NCBI GenBank assembly: GCA_044226015.1
Contig: JBGAHS010000001.1
Location: forward strand, 352,001-416,000
Direction: 5' to 3'
Source of the DNA: Candidatus Obscuribacteraceae bacterium
Lineage (GTDB): Bacteria; Cyanobacteriota; Vampirovibrionia; Obscuribacterales; Obscuribacteraceae
DNA length: 64,000 bases
A model generated the notes under the pieces. It was not told where the DNA came from and did not search any database. It was given only the letters and a program-made list of their open reading frames with translations. Below, piece by piece: positions 38,627 through 48,604 of this stretch (positions are counted from its first letter, which is position 1; each line of letters starts with the position of its first letter). The position numbers and the translations under genes were made by a program.

Positions 38627-38928
38627 AGATGTCTTCTTGATGCACGTTGTCGCCGTTGCTGAGCTACTTCCATTTCCTTAATCGTTCGCTGTTTCAGCTC
38701 GAACAGAGTCGACAGGGACTCAGAGAGCCCAAGTGCAGCGACAATGCGCAGAAACACATCGAGTGAAACTTTACCCGACTGCTCGAAGGTAGTTAGAGTC
38801 TTGTGAGAAACGCCGGCACGGGCCGCCAATTCGCTCTGCGGTAGATTCTGTGCGAGTCTGTGCGCGCGTAACCTCGCCGCCAGTTGCTCCGCTATTTCGT
38901 CAGTAGTTGCTAATCCGAAATGAACCAT
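38623..38928 (-). CDS. XRE-family HTH protein, HipB-like antitoxin
   Basis: RLRAHRLAQNLPQSELAARAGVS..TL..FEQSG; ATGA overlap with hipA. Confidence 0.85.
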   Translation of the reverse strand: MVHFGLATTDEIAEQLAARLRAHRLAQNLPQSELAARAGVSHKTLTTFEQSGKVSLDVFLRIVAALGLSESLSTLFELKQRTIKEMEVAQQRRQRASRRHL

Positions 38929-39120
38929 TCTTGCACCTTGGGTAATGCGTAAAATATTACGCGTTAGATGTCAGAAAAGGAGATAATAGGTAGTATTTTA
39001 CCACTTATTGGTCGCGGTTGGCTGTTTTCTTTTGGAAAACCAATTCCACGTGTATTTGCGCGAATTTTTCTTGCGTACCTTGTATCTTTTAGATGAATCG
39101 TTTTTGGAATGGAGGGGAGC

Positions 39121-39585
39121 ATGGGCTACGAAATCCAAGCGGTGATAGCAAAGATGAGCACTCTTGCTTTGCTATCGCAGTCCAGCGGCTACATTAGGGC
39201 TGTATCCTTGAACCAAGATTTTGGACTGGTACCACTCATCGACGAATTTTTAGACGATTTGCAATCTGCTCGACCCGACCTGAGGGCTCAGCCTGACCCA
39301 TTTGAAGGATTCTGTAAATTATCGGCAGTAGTCGCTGACCTGCTGAAAAATGTATCTAATTCTGGTTCACTTGCGTATGTCGAAGCAGAATTCTTTGGTG
39401 GTGCCGGCGGGCAATCATCGATAGCTTGGGCTAATGGGAGTGTTAGTTCAGGTCCGCACCACACTGAAGATGCTATCAACTTGGCTTTATTGCACTTGGG
39501 AGTGCAGGCAATTGCACCGTATGACGAATTTGATAGTCTTGGGCTCGGGCAAAAACGGCATACTAAGCAGTGGTTGAGCTCATAG
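39121..39585 (+). CDS. Hypothetical protein (MGYEIQAVI..., AYVEAEFFGG.G.Q motif)
   Basis: GGAGGGG RBS before ATG 39121; clean 154-aa ORF. Confidence 0.75.
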   Translation: MGYEIQAVIAKMSTLALLSQSSGYIRAVSLNQDFGLVPLIDEFLDDLQSARPDLRAQPDPFEGFCKLSAVVADLLKNVSNSGSLAYVEAEFFGGAGGQSSIAWANGSVSSGPHHTEDAINLALLHLGVQAIAPYDEFDSLGLGQKRHTKQWLSS

Positions 39586-40104
39586 CCGATTATGCAATGT
39601 CTCGTGCACGTGAGTCAGATTGCATCGCGTCGTTGAATATCTCGCATTGCACTGGTTTTGTGCTCTGGTTAGAACTTCTTGCAGACTTTCGCAACTCGTG
39701 AATTGGTTTCAAGCGAAGCGCAGCTGTAATTGTCGCGCTCGTATTTCTGAATTGACCTGTTCAAAAAAATGGAAAATTATTGGATTCGCCGAATTTTATC
39801 AGTCAAATCCGCCAAGTTTTAGCGGACTTTTTGCCGGAAGTTTATGCGGACTTTTTAGATGGTATTCAGGATGTGAAAATACTGATATGGTTGACTCTAT
39901 AGAAACATGGATGCCGGACAATGAAGCAGACTTTTTGATGGACATTGATCGAGGTGAGCATGTACGTGTTGTTTCTTCGCTTGTTGCGAAAAGCGTTATT
40001 TGTTCAAACGGTGATCGAGAGCCTCTTCGATTGTCATTCCCTGTAAAAGCTGCCGCGAGCTGGTTTCCCGGGCTGTTTCCGCCTAAGTAAAAACACCTGA
40101 TTTA

Positions 40105-41529
40105 TTACATTTGTTCGTTTCGAAGTCGGGCTTGCATCTTCTCTATTTGAGTGATGATTTTTTTTCCTTCAGATGATGGAGGCCCGCCCTGGTAGTGTGG
40201 TCCAGCCTTGAGGACCTGCTTGTATTGGTCTAGCACGAGCATCGCAGATTGAGAAAATTCGTTCGTTTTGGCATGATTGTTGACGCAATCGAAAACCAGT
40301 GACGGTGGCAAGAGCGGTTGAAAACTTGGACCAAGATCTTTGAATCGCGAGCTAGTCGACCGATCTAGCAAGGTTCGCTCAGTCGCTAATTGAAGGAATA
40401 GTGTGAATTCGTTTTCGGAGAATGGTAGCTTACGATTTAGCAGAAGCGGAATCAGCTCGCCGAGAATCTTTTGCCTTGTCTGTAGGTTCTGATATCTCGT
40501 TAGCTGCTGCTCCGTGGGTTCCCGTTGTCGTACTTCTTCAGCTCCAATCATGCCTTTATCTCGAATCTCCGCCAGATCATTATCAGTGTCCGCATAGGAC
40601 ATTATCCAAGCTAATTCGTTATTTACTTGCAATGATCTTCCAACCGTTCTCAGAATAAGCGGACTTTCGGGATTATAGATTCCATCTAAAAGCAGTTGAA
40701 TACGATCTCTTAAATCCAGTTTCCTTGTAAGATGACTGAGTCTGCACGCCGATAACTCACAGAGTGCGCAAAGCAGAAATTGAGTTTGCTCAAGCTCTGG
40801 TTGGGCAAGGACATCCTTCACTGCGTTTATTCTCTGAACTTCAACTGTGAGATCTGCTTGTCTCTCTTCAATGAATCGCTCCAAATAAACTTTGGCGTGA
40901 ACGAAGTCTGACAAATGATGTAAAGTCGGCTCATCGCTCATCAGGAGTCCTTGGGCACTGCTAGGTGCGTTCGTGATCATTTTGTTGGCTTTGTTTGTGA
41001 TGTTGCTGGTTGACTTTTGAGTCTTCTGTCGTTCCGCCTTGAGAGACTGTGTGTCATGTGGAATTTTATTCTCCTCAATTTGCAAGAAAATATGCTCTTG
41101 TTCTAATGCGAGTATCGAAGATAACCTTTTTGCGAAAGCTACAAATTCAGCCATGCCTCCTTCTGCGAAGTCCTCTGCTTGTGGTTTTCGCCCAGTGACA
41201 CTAGCTTGAGAAAGGTTGATTAGAAACGTTGTTTGCACCTCTGATAATTCAGAATCCTGAGTGCGACGCCATAACTGCTTGGATCTCTCAATCATGTGAG
41301 ATTGCCGAAGTTGTGAAAGCCGCTCACCTTCAAGTTGGAGTTCGTTTGCAGAGTCTCCCTTAGACGCTAGATAAACAGCGATTGATTGTTTAACTGCAAG
41401 TTCCGGTACATCGAGGAGTTCAACGATTCTGTCTTCTGCGACTCCAGCCTGAACATAGGTCATGATGTTGGCGCATCTATCTCGATTTTCTTCGGTCCAA
41501 CACAATGTTTCTGGTTTATGCATCGTCAT
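40105..41529 (-). CDS. Hypothetical helical protein
   Basis: 474-aa ORF with GAGG RBS; no motif recognised. Confidence 0.7.
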   Translation of the reverse strand: MTMHKPETLCWTEENRDRCANIMTYVQAGVAEDRIVELLDVPELAVKQSIAVYLASKGDSANELQLEGERLSQLRQSHMIERSKQLWRRTQDSELSEVQTTFLINLSQASVTGRKPQAEDFAEGGMAEFVAFAKRLSSILALEQEHIFLQIEENKIPHDTQSLKAERQKTQKSTSNITNKANKMITNAPSSAQGLLMSDEPTLHHLSDFVHAKVYLERFIEERQADLTVEVQRINAVKDVLAQPELEQTQFLLCALCELSACRLSHLTRKLDLRDRIQLLLDGIYNPESPLILRTVGRSLQVNNELAWIMSYADTDNDLAEIRDKGMIGAEEVRQREPTEQQLTRYQNLQTRQKILGELIPLLLNRKLPFSENEFTLFLQLATERTLLDRSTSSRFKDLGPSFQPLLPPSLVFDCVNNHAKTNEFSQSAMLVLDQYKQVLKAGPHYQGGPPSSEGKKIITQIEKMQARLRNEQM

Positions 41530-41709
41530 CCTCTGTCATAAAATGGTTAGGCAGCATTCTACCAAGTTCTCATTTTTTTGTTGAAATGTTATCCTGTCTT
41601 TTGTCAGATTGCTCGGAAATGCAATTGTACCGGAAGTGGCGAGCTTTGCGTAACCAACTCTCCACTCAGTTTCCAGGCTGTTAGCATACCAGTGTAGAGA
41701 GAGAATAAA

Positions 41710-42243
41710 ATGAGCCGTGATGATTCTTTGAATATTGGGAGTTCGATTTGGAAGATTGTTGCTTCTGGTATTGTTCTTTTGAACTTCTGTCCGGCAGTTT
41801 CTGCCGATAGCGCCAAGACGATAGTTCGCGATCAGAAAGCAAAGCAAAAACTATTGGGGAAGCACAAGCTTGCGCTGCAGTGGATCAGTTGGGATAAATT
41901 TGGTTCAGCTGATGTTGTCGATGTTGCTGGACAGTTGCAGTTGAAGGGCGAGCAACTGGGCTCTGAGCAAGGGAAAATCAGCACCAGTTCACATCCTGGA
42001 ACTCCGGGAAATACAGGAGACTATCTCAAAATCGATGGTGTGGTAACAGAGATTGATGCTAAGCAATTCAAGTTCAAGGGTAAAATTCTGATGCGAGTTT
42101 CTAGCATCGCAGGGGGTAAAGAGTGTAAAAGAGATGGCGTTTTTACATTTGCGCTGAAGTCGCATCCAACATATTGGAGGATGCAGGAAATTCAGAATCC
42201 ATGTGACGAAGTCGTTGATTACGTAGATTTGTTCTGTCGCTAA
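41710..42243 (+). CDS. Secreted hypothetical protein
   Basis: Signal-peptide-like N-terminus; LQWISWD and YWRMQEIQNPC..VVDYVD motifs. Confidence 0.75.
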   Translation: MSRDDSLNIGSSIWKIVASGIVLLNFCPAVSADSAKTIVRDQKAKQKLLGKHKLALQWISWDKFGSADVVDVAGQLQLKGEQLGSEQGKISTSSHPGTPGNTGDYLKIDGVVTEIDAKQFKFKGKILMRVSSIAGGKECKRDGVFTFALKSHPTYWRMQEIQNPCDEVVDYVDLFCR

Positions 42244-42335
42244 CTAACGCGATTTTGCTTGTTTAGCGGGCGCACGTGAGTCCTATGTTATTGGTCCACT
42301 AGCTATGCCGAATTGAGATGGCAATCCCATCACAT

Positions 42336-43859
42336 CTATTCGCTCCACTTCGCCTCATCGGCTCCGAAAGGCTGTAGCAATGTCAAATCTTTTCTCGGCA
42401 TTTTATCGAAGCTAACCGCTGGAGCCAGTTCCGTTACTTTTCCGCAGCTAGTCATAAAGCTATGCAAGTTTGTCGGGTACTCATCCTTTTCGGGCATCTT
42501 CGAATATGCTTCAGGTGAGATGTATCCCAAGCTTTGAACCCACATAGCAGTTCTTGCCAGTGATACCTTCACGTGATACGAGCCGCCATGTTTAGCGCGC
42601 AACAGTAACGCCGCCATAGCTCCGGCAGACGCAAGATAGCCTGTCAGGAAATCATTCAAGTAAAATACCGGAGATAGTCGCGGCTTGTCGGCACCGCCCT
42701 CGGTGACTGCAAAGCCCGTGCCAACTTGCACGTTGTGGTCAAATCCTGGACGCAAAGCCCATGGACCGCTGTGCCCATAGGCATTGATAGATACGCAAAT
42801 CAAGCCTTGATGCTTTTCGACGAGATTCGCTACCTGCAATCCAAATCTTTGTGCAACTTCGGGGCGATATGAGCAAACAAAAACATCAGCATCGCTGATT
42901 AGACCTCGCATTCGTTCTAATGAAGTACTCTCGGTTAAAAGCAAGTATGCATTGCGCTTGCCGATGTTGACCAAAAGGTTTTGCGCTACGGTGTCTCGAT
43001 GATATGGTGAACTGATGTGCAAGACTTCAGCTCCGTATTGTGCCAGGCTGCGAGCGCTTCGCGGACCAGCAAGCACGTGTGTGAAGTCAACTACTCTAAT
43101 TCCATCCAGAGGAAACTCTGCTTTTTGCTCTAGCCCTTTGGGGCTGCCGTCGCCAACTTTCTCAATTTCCACTAATGGAGATGCCATCAACGCTAGTCCT
43201 TGAGGATGCTTCTCCCATTCTTGCTTGCTGCGTGCCACACACGCGGGCAATCCCAACGCCGAGAGTTTCTCTTCCAGATCGGCAGCGTCGTATTTCGCCA
43301 TTTCGCGTGCGATTGATTCTCTATTGTTTCCACAATCAAAAAAATTCAGGTAGCCTCTTTCGAGTTTAACGTAAGGTGGACCTGACTCAGTCATGATGTA
43401 GCGTCCATCTTTGCACTGATAGATTCCGTTTGTTGGAACAAATTCGGCACCTACGGACATGCTGTAATTTGACTGCCAGAGAAAATGAGTTGAATGCAAT
43501 GCGTGTATTGCATCAATAACGCTCACTTCCATTGAAGTGCTTTGTCCCGACCGATGATGCCAGGCTGACGCAGCTGCGATTCCTTCTGCTAAGAGTGCAT
43601 AGGCGGTTGCTTCAGCGAGATGATGAGGTGAACGGAGTAGTGGATCCGCTCCATGGAGCACTGCATCACCAGCGAAATCATCGAGCTTTAGTACTCTGGT
43701 GAGATCGGAAAGAGCTGTTAAGTCCTTGTTTCTGAGCGATCTTTGAACTGAAGTTTTAGTTTGTTCGGTCACTTGGTTCGCGCCTTTTTTTAAGTGATAC
43801 CTGGCCTCATAAGCCATATACCCCTTTTGCGAATTGGCAGCATTGTAATTCGCTTTCAT
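42336..43859 (-). CDS. CoA-transferase family III (CaiB/BaiF-like)
   Basis: PLDGIRVVDFTHVLAGP, GKR, ADVFV.SYRP, YG.SGPW..RPGFD. Confidence 0.9.
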   Translation of the reverse strand: MKANYNAANSQKGYMAYEARYHLKKGANQVTEQTKTSVQRSLRNKDLTALSDLTRVLKLDDFAGDAVLHGADPLLRSPHHLAEATAYALLAEGIAAASAWHHRSGQSTSMEVSVIDAIHALHSTHFLWQSNYSMSVGAEFVPTNGIYQCKDGRYIMTESGPPYVKLERGYLNFFDCGNNRESIAREMAKYDAADLEEKLSALGLPACVARSKQEWEKHPQGLALMASPLVEIEKVGDGSPKGLEQKAEFPLDGIRVVDFTHVLAGPRSARSLAQYGAEVLHISSPYHRDTVAQNLLVNIGKRNAYLLLTESTSLERMRGLISDADVFVCSYRPEVAQRFGLQVANLVEKHQGLICVSINAYGHSGPWALRPGFDHNVQVGTGFAVTEGGADKPRLSPVFYLNDFLTGYLASAGAMAALLLRAKHGGSYHVKVSLARTAMWVQSLGYISPEAYSKMPEKDEYPTNLHSFMTSCGKVTELAPAVSFDKMPRKDLTLLQPFGADEAKWSE

Positions 43860-43944
43860 TTTTTTATGTCAGAAAGGCAGGTCTGAATTGCCATTGCATG
43901 GAAAACATCGTTGACCGCTTGTTGATTGATAGGAAACTAGTGTC

Positions 43945-45750
43945 ATGAGGAATACAAGGTTTAGTCTTTCGTTAATACTCAAATTCGGGGTTGCGCAAAT
44001 GCCGAAAAGTACGAAACTTGGTCCTGAGACGCTAGAAAATAGAAGTCGAGTTGATTTTATTTCAGCTGTACAAGCTGGCAGAATTGAGGAAGTGAAGAAG
44101 TTTCTTGCAGATGGCATGTCTCCGAATGCACAAGATGCGATGCATCTTCTGGAGTCGTCCGACCCCAGCTTTAATAAGCGGGCTGCAATGAGTAATCGCT
44201 GTGTGGGTTTGTCTGCTTTGTCATCTGCCGCCTGTCTAGGTAATCTGGAGATGTGCACGATTCTTCTTGATGCCGGTGCCAATCCGAATATTCGTGAAAC
44301 GAGGCAAGCGATGCAGACACCATTGATGGTGGCGATACATAACGGGCAAGTAGCCGTCATGCACCTGTTGCTTGAACGTGGTGCGGATTGTTTCGCCTCG
44401 GATATAGTGGCTAACACTCCACTAAAACTTTGTCGATACCTGAAGAACCCGGAGGAGGCAAAGAGTGCGCTAGAGGCGGCATTGAAAGCGAATAGGGAAA
44501 AGATGACCTTAACCCAAGCAATCATTCATGGAGACACCGAGCGCCTCAAGGAATTGCTGCTTGCAGGAAATTCTCCCAACGTATTTCATTCAGACGGGTT
44601 CTCTGCATTGTTTTATGCCTGTCTGGTGGGAAATCTAGAGACCCTAGATTTGCTCTTAGAGAACGGTGCCGAAATAGATTTGGGTTCAAACGGAACTCAA
44701 ACACCAACTCTGGTATTGTCTTCTAAAGGCGAGGAGCTGAAAAAGGTTACGGCTTCAGAGTTCTTCCAAGAAAAGACAGGCAGAACTGTTTATAGCAACA
44801 GGCTTCTATTTGGGGAGGCTCCAATTTTTGCAGCGTGTGAGTTGGGGCGAATGGATATAGTCAGCCGAATGTTGAAAGCTGGTTGCGATGTAAATTGTCT
44901 AACCGAGGTTGGTAAAGTGTCACCACTTATGATGGCAATCTATTCGGAGAATCTCGAACTGGCTCAGTACCTCATTGACGTTGGTGCTGACTTGCAGCAT
45001 CGTGATTCGCGTGGTGCCTCTGTTTTGGAGTGGGCTTCGAAAGCTGCTCCGGGGTCTGGAATGCGCAACTTGATTCGCGATGCCTTGGGTCTTAAAAATG
45101 CCGCCGTTGATTTTAAAGCTGAATTCAAAAAGTTCAAAGATGTGGAGGCTTCAACGGAATTCAAAGATGCTTTGGCTTATTTGATGAACGTTTGCCAAAA
45201 CAAAACTGCCTACCCGTGGAAAAAGAAAAAGGGCGTATATCGGCTTTATGTTAATGAGAAAGCCTGGGACAACATTGCACAAGTCTTCGGCAAAGGGTCT
45301 GATTACATCAAGGGTGCAAAAAAAGAGGCGAAGCAGCAACTCAAGAATGAACTTGCTGATATGTTGCAGGACGAAATTCGCAAACGAGGCTTTTTGCTTG
45401 TCTCTCATAGAGATGAGCAGGGCTCTGCGATGCAACTGCTTTTTCCAAGTTCAAACAAATACGCCGTGCTTGCTGCGTGCGGTACAAATGGTGATAACTA
45501 TGGGCGCGATAACAGTGAAATCATTCAACTGCTGACGGAGTTGGAGGAAAAGCAAGCGTTTGTTTTATCTGAATGCACGCACGATGCGGTTGGAGGTCGG
45601 TTTATTGAGAAACTATCTTCGCCAGAAGCACTCTCCCAGTTTCTCTATTCAATTTGTCCTGATTTAATTGATGGAGAATCAGTTTGCGATGAAGGAGATT
45701 TAGCCAAGCAATTGAGAGAGCAGAATAGGTTTTATTTATGGTGGAGCTAG
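43945..45750 (+). CDS. Ankyrin-repeat protein with DUF4253-like C-terminal domain
   Basis: Multiple TPL..A...G....V..LL..GA repeats; GTNGDNYG, CPDLID and terminal FYLWWS. Confidence 0.85.
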   Translation: MRNTRFSLSLILKFGVAQMPKSTKLGPETLENRSRVDFISAVQAGRIEEVKKFLADGMSPNAQDAMHLLESSDPSFNKRAAMSNRCVGLSALSSAACLGNLEMCTILLDAGANPNIRETRQAMQTPLMVAIHNGQVAVMHLLLERGADCFASDIVANTPLKLCRYLKNPEEAKSALEAALKANREKMTLTQAIIHGDTERLKELLLAGNSPNVFHSDGFSALFYACLVGNLETLDLLLENGAEIDLGSNGTQTPTLVLSSKGEELKKVTASEFFQEKTGRTVYSNRLLFGEAPIFAACELGRMDIVSRMLKAGCDVNCLTEVGKVSPLMMAIYSENLELAQYLIDVGADLQHRDSRGASVLEWASKAAPGSGMRNLIRDALGLKNAAVDFKAEFKKFKDVEASTEFKDALAYLMNVCQNKTAYPWKKKKGVYRLYVNEKAWDNIAQVFGKGSDYIKGAKKEAKQQLKNELADMLQDEIRKRGFLLVSHRDEQGSAMQLLFPSSNKYAVLAACGTNGDNYGRDNSEIIQLLTELEEKQAFVLSECTHDAVGGRFIEKLSSPEALSQFLYSICPDLIDGESVCDEGDLAKQLREQNRFYLWWS

Positions 45751-45808
45751 AATGAGTACGCTGTTGGTATCTTCGAGTTTCTGTTTAGTTCTTTAGTGGA
45801 TCTGGTCG

Positions 45809-46345
45809 ATGACGAGTGAGGCAGGTTATTTTCTTTGCGGCAAGCGAATTGGTTTTCGCTGGTGGACTGACGATGATTTCGAATTAGCAAAAGGGCTTTG
45901 GGGCGACCCATCCGTAACTCGTTTGTTCTCGAAAGAGCCTCTAAGTGACCTGCAAATTCGTGAGCGTTTGCAGGCGGAGATCAAAAGAGCCGATGAGCAT
46001 AAAATGCAATATTGGCCGATGTTCGAATTGGCAACGGGGCTGCATATTGGTTGTGGTGGATTTCGTCCATACCGAGCCGATGAACAGATTTACGAACTAG
46101 GTTTTCATCTTCGCCCGGCTTTTTGGGGAAAAGGACTAGCTTCTGAGGCAGGCAAGACTTTAATCGAATATGGATTCGGGCAGCTTTCTGCAAAAGCAAT
46201 TTTTGCTGGGCACCACCCCGATAATCTTCCTTCTCAAGCGGTTTTGTTGAAGCTAGGTTTCGAGGAAATTGGAAAAGAGCTGTATCCACCCACGGGACTT
46301 CTGCACCCCTCGTACATGTTGCGTGCGTGTCCAACCGTCCGCTGA
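45809..46345 (+). CDS. GNAT N-acetyltransferase (RimJ/RimL-like)
   Basis: ELGFHLRPAFWGKGLASEA, N.PS..VL.KLGF. Confidence 0.9.
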   Translation: MTSEAGYFLCGKRIGFRWWTDDDFELAKGLWGDPSVTRLFSKEPLSDLQIRERLQAEIKRADEHKMQYWPMFELATGLHIGCGGFRPYRADEQIYELGFHLRPAFWGKGLASEAGKTLIEYGFGQLSAKAIFAGHHPDNLPSQAVLLKLGFEEIGKELYPPTGLLHPSYMLRACPTVR

Positions 46346-46364
46346 AGATCACTACACTTTTGTA

Positions 46365-46392
46365 TTGCGCATTCTTCGTGCTGTGTTATATT
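46365..46392 (+). promoter_or_regulatory. Putative sigma70 promoter (TTGCGC-16-TATATT with TG extension)
   Basis: Consensus-like -35 and extended -10 about 30 bp upstream of the uORF. Confidence 0.45.
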
Positions 46393-46422
46393 GAAATAGT
46401 TGACCGCATGGAGGATATAACC

Positions 46423-46452
46423 ATGCTTACTTTAATTGCAGGCTGTCTTTAG
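46423..46452 (+). CDS. Putative 9-aa leader peptide MLTLIAGCL
   Basis: Strong GGAGG RBS upstream; followed by a hairpin and gene 46583. Confidence 0.5.
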   Translation: MLTLIAGCL

Positions 46453-46582
46453 CACTGCCATATCTCCGTTAAATTTGCGACTCACTGCGTAGCGCGTCCT
46501 TGCGATTCAATGTAAGGACGCTGGCTAATCTTGGCAAAAGCAAGGCTGTGTTCGAGCACAGCTCATAGGAGTTCGCAATTAT

Positions 46583-47920
46583 ATGAAACCAAGGAAATTG
46601 AAAAAGCGTGAGTTTGCTCGCGCCCTTCGACATGGTCACGGAAGCGCTTTTTTACATGTTAAAGAGTACGGTGATGAGTCCATAGCTAATCACCTATTAA
46701 ATGCTTGCCTCCGCAACTTGATTTTCGATCGACAGTTTGAAAACGGGCGAGCCAGTTGGCTGGCGCGAATGGTCGATGCAACTGGCAGGGCAGAATATTA
46801 TGCCGAGGAGGTGGCGACAGCTCTGCGATCCTGCAAATTTGAGGAGTACTCTGACCTTCAACAATTGCTTGAACTGGCGGTGGAATTTTTTGAAAGAGGT
46901 TTCAGCGAATTCAAAACAATTTTGCTTGATCCTTCATTAGCGGCAAACTATAAGGAGCTTGCTTTATTGCCTTATGGTCGCGCAATTGCGGATCTAGCTG
47001 GTCTTTCCGGATTTGAGAGTGCCTGCCAGTTCATGGCTGGTGCAGAGGTCGATGAGTATGAAAAGTTCTGTATGTATGAACATGGTAGAAAGTTTTTTGA
47101 TGAGCAGGCTGAGCTTGACTCTTTTCTTGATGAATGTGCTGCGATGGACGAATTGATTGCAAAGTTTTGGCAAGAGGTTAAGGCAGAGCGTTCGCGAAGC
47201 AAACTAATCAAGCAAGCCCCAGCAGAGAGGAAAATAGCGACTCTCGGCGAGCTTATAGGTGAATTTGAAAATGATGAGGGAACCAGGCGGTTGGAGTTCA
47301 AATTCTCTCGCTTTGGGAAGACCGCAAGCAAAACCGATTTAGAAAACGTGCTCAAGCTCATAGAGCGTGAAACGAATAACAGACGAATTTTGTGTTACCT
47401 CTCGGTGTTTAGATTCGTCGCACCGCCAGCGGTATCGAGTAGCTTTTTGAATCTGATGTTCTCGAATGACCGGAAGATCAGATATGCTGCCTCATCTGCT
47501 CTTCGAAACTTGCAAGGCCCTGCTGTCCGAAAAGCAGCGCTGAAAGCTCTCAAGAGTGAGCGGCAGGAGTTTGTTTCGGCTGGATTCAAGGTCTTTCTAA
47601 AAAACTACAAATCCTGCGATGTTGATGTTCTGAACAGTGCGTTTGTCAGGCTGAAGGATCCGGACCACATTCATTGGGTGGTTATGGACATAAAAGCCAT
47701 CGCAGCGGAGAGCTCTGACTTTGCCCTTGCTCCACTTCTGCACCATTGTTTTTATTCGACGCCATGCTCATATTGTCGTAAGGTTGTTCTTGAGTTACTA
47801 CTGGAATGGCAGCTGACTCCAGCTCAGATGCTATATGAAGGTCAATGGGACAGCGAAATTGAAATAAGAAACATCGCAAGAGCACAGATTGGAAAAGCAG
47901 AACCTTGCATGGGTATGTAG
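46583..47920 (+). CDS. HEAT-repeat-like hypothetical protein
   Basis: TAGGAG RBS; IRYAASSAL..L...AVR..AL helical repeats; PCSYCR motif. Confidence 0.75.
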   Translation: MKPRKLKKREFARALRHGHGSAFLHVKEYGDESIANHLLNACLRNLIFDRQFENGRASWLARMVDATGRAEYYAEEVATALRSCKFEEYSDLQQLLELAVEFFERGFSEFKTILLDPSLAANYKELALLPYGRAIADLAGLSGFESACQFMAGAEVDEYEKFCMYEHGRKFFDEQAELDSFLDECAAMDELIAKFWQEVKAERSRSKLIKQAPAERKIATLGELIGEFENDEGTRRLEFKFSRFGKTASKTDLENVLKLIERETNNRRILCYLSVFRFVAPPAVSSSFLNLMFSNDRKIRYAASSALRNLQGPAVRKAALKALKSERQEFVSAGFKVFLKNYKSCDVDVLNSAFVRLKDPDHIHWVVMDIKAIAAESSDFALAPLLHHCFYSTPCSYCRKVVLELLLEWQLTPAQMLYEGQWDSEIEIRNIARAQIGKAEPCMGM

Positions 47921-48171
47921 AGCTATTGCCTCATCTCAGCGCAACTATGATGGCTAAATGAGATGGGCGGTTCGCTCTGTAATTTTAGATTCACCATGAA
48001 GTTGAAAGCAGGTGAAACTTTTGAGCCGACAAAAAGAATAATTAAAAAGCAAATGCTACAAACTATATTTCGCGGTTGAATAGCTGGAAGAAACGCAGTC
48101 ATTAGTCCTCGGCTTTTGGTGCGATAACCTTCCTATTTTATCATTTCGAGCTGCTGAGCATGTCATGTTCG

Positions 48172-48474
48172 CTATCGCTCAGCACACTCGTTCGTCAAGT
48201 CTGCTTCGGAATCACATGTGTCCAAATAGTTTTGATTAACCAGGCTGCACCAATATTTTAGAGCTCTCTGAAAAGCCTCATGTTCAAGTTCTACGGTTGT
48301 GAGCTTGTTATTGTGCACCTTTGTTATTACGTCGACAGCGCCGTGTCCGTCTACGCGAGATTCTAGCTCATGCTTGAGTCTCGCTAGTTCTTTTTTTGAG
48401 CTTTCATTCAGTCGGTGCTCGAACTCTTCTGAGCAGTGGCTCTGTGATTTAGCAATTTTGGATTTCTTTCTCAT
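48172..48474 (-). CDS. Small hypothetical protein, paralogue of 51419..51679
   Basis: GAGGTG RBS; basic N-terminus; EHEAFQRALKYWC. Confidence 0.7.
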   Translation of the reverse strand: MRKKSKIAKSQSHCSEEFEHRLNESSKKELARLKHELESRVDGHGAVDVITKVHNNKLTTVELEHEAFQRALKYWCSLVNQNYLDTCDSEADLTNECAER

Positions 48475-48604
48475 AGCCACCTCGCTGTTGTTTTGCAAAG
48501 TCTATTGAATTACTCTAGCACTCGGTTTTACGCTCGCCATCCTTCTCGCAAATGGCTTTTTACCGAGTGGGAGGGATGCTCGTTTTGACATTTGAGCCTG
48601 TGCT

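Noticed and set aside
39620..40090. 156-aa ORF
   Set aside because: TTG start, Cys/Trp-rich atypical N-terminal half and no motif; at most the 3' part is coding.
43869..44525. 218-aa minus-strand ORF and similar long antisense ORFs (e.g. 26965..27714, 60366..60881)
   Set aside because: They are shadows of well-supported genes on the opposite strand.
37963..48500. Intact integrative element or prophage at ssrA
   Set aside because: No integrase or phage genes, and I found no duplicated ssrA 3' end (att site) by eye.
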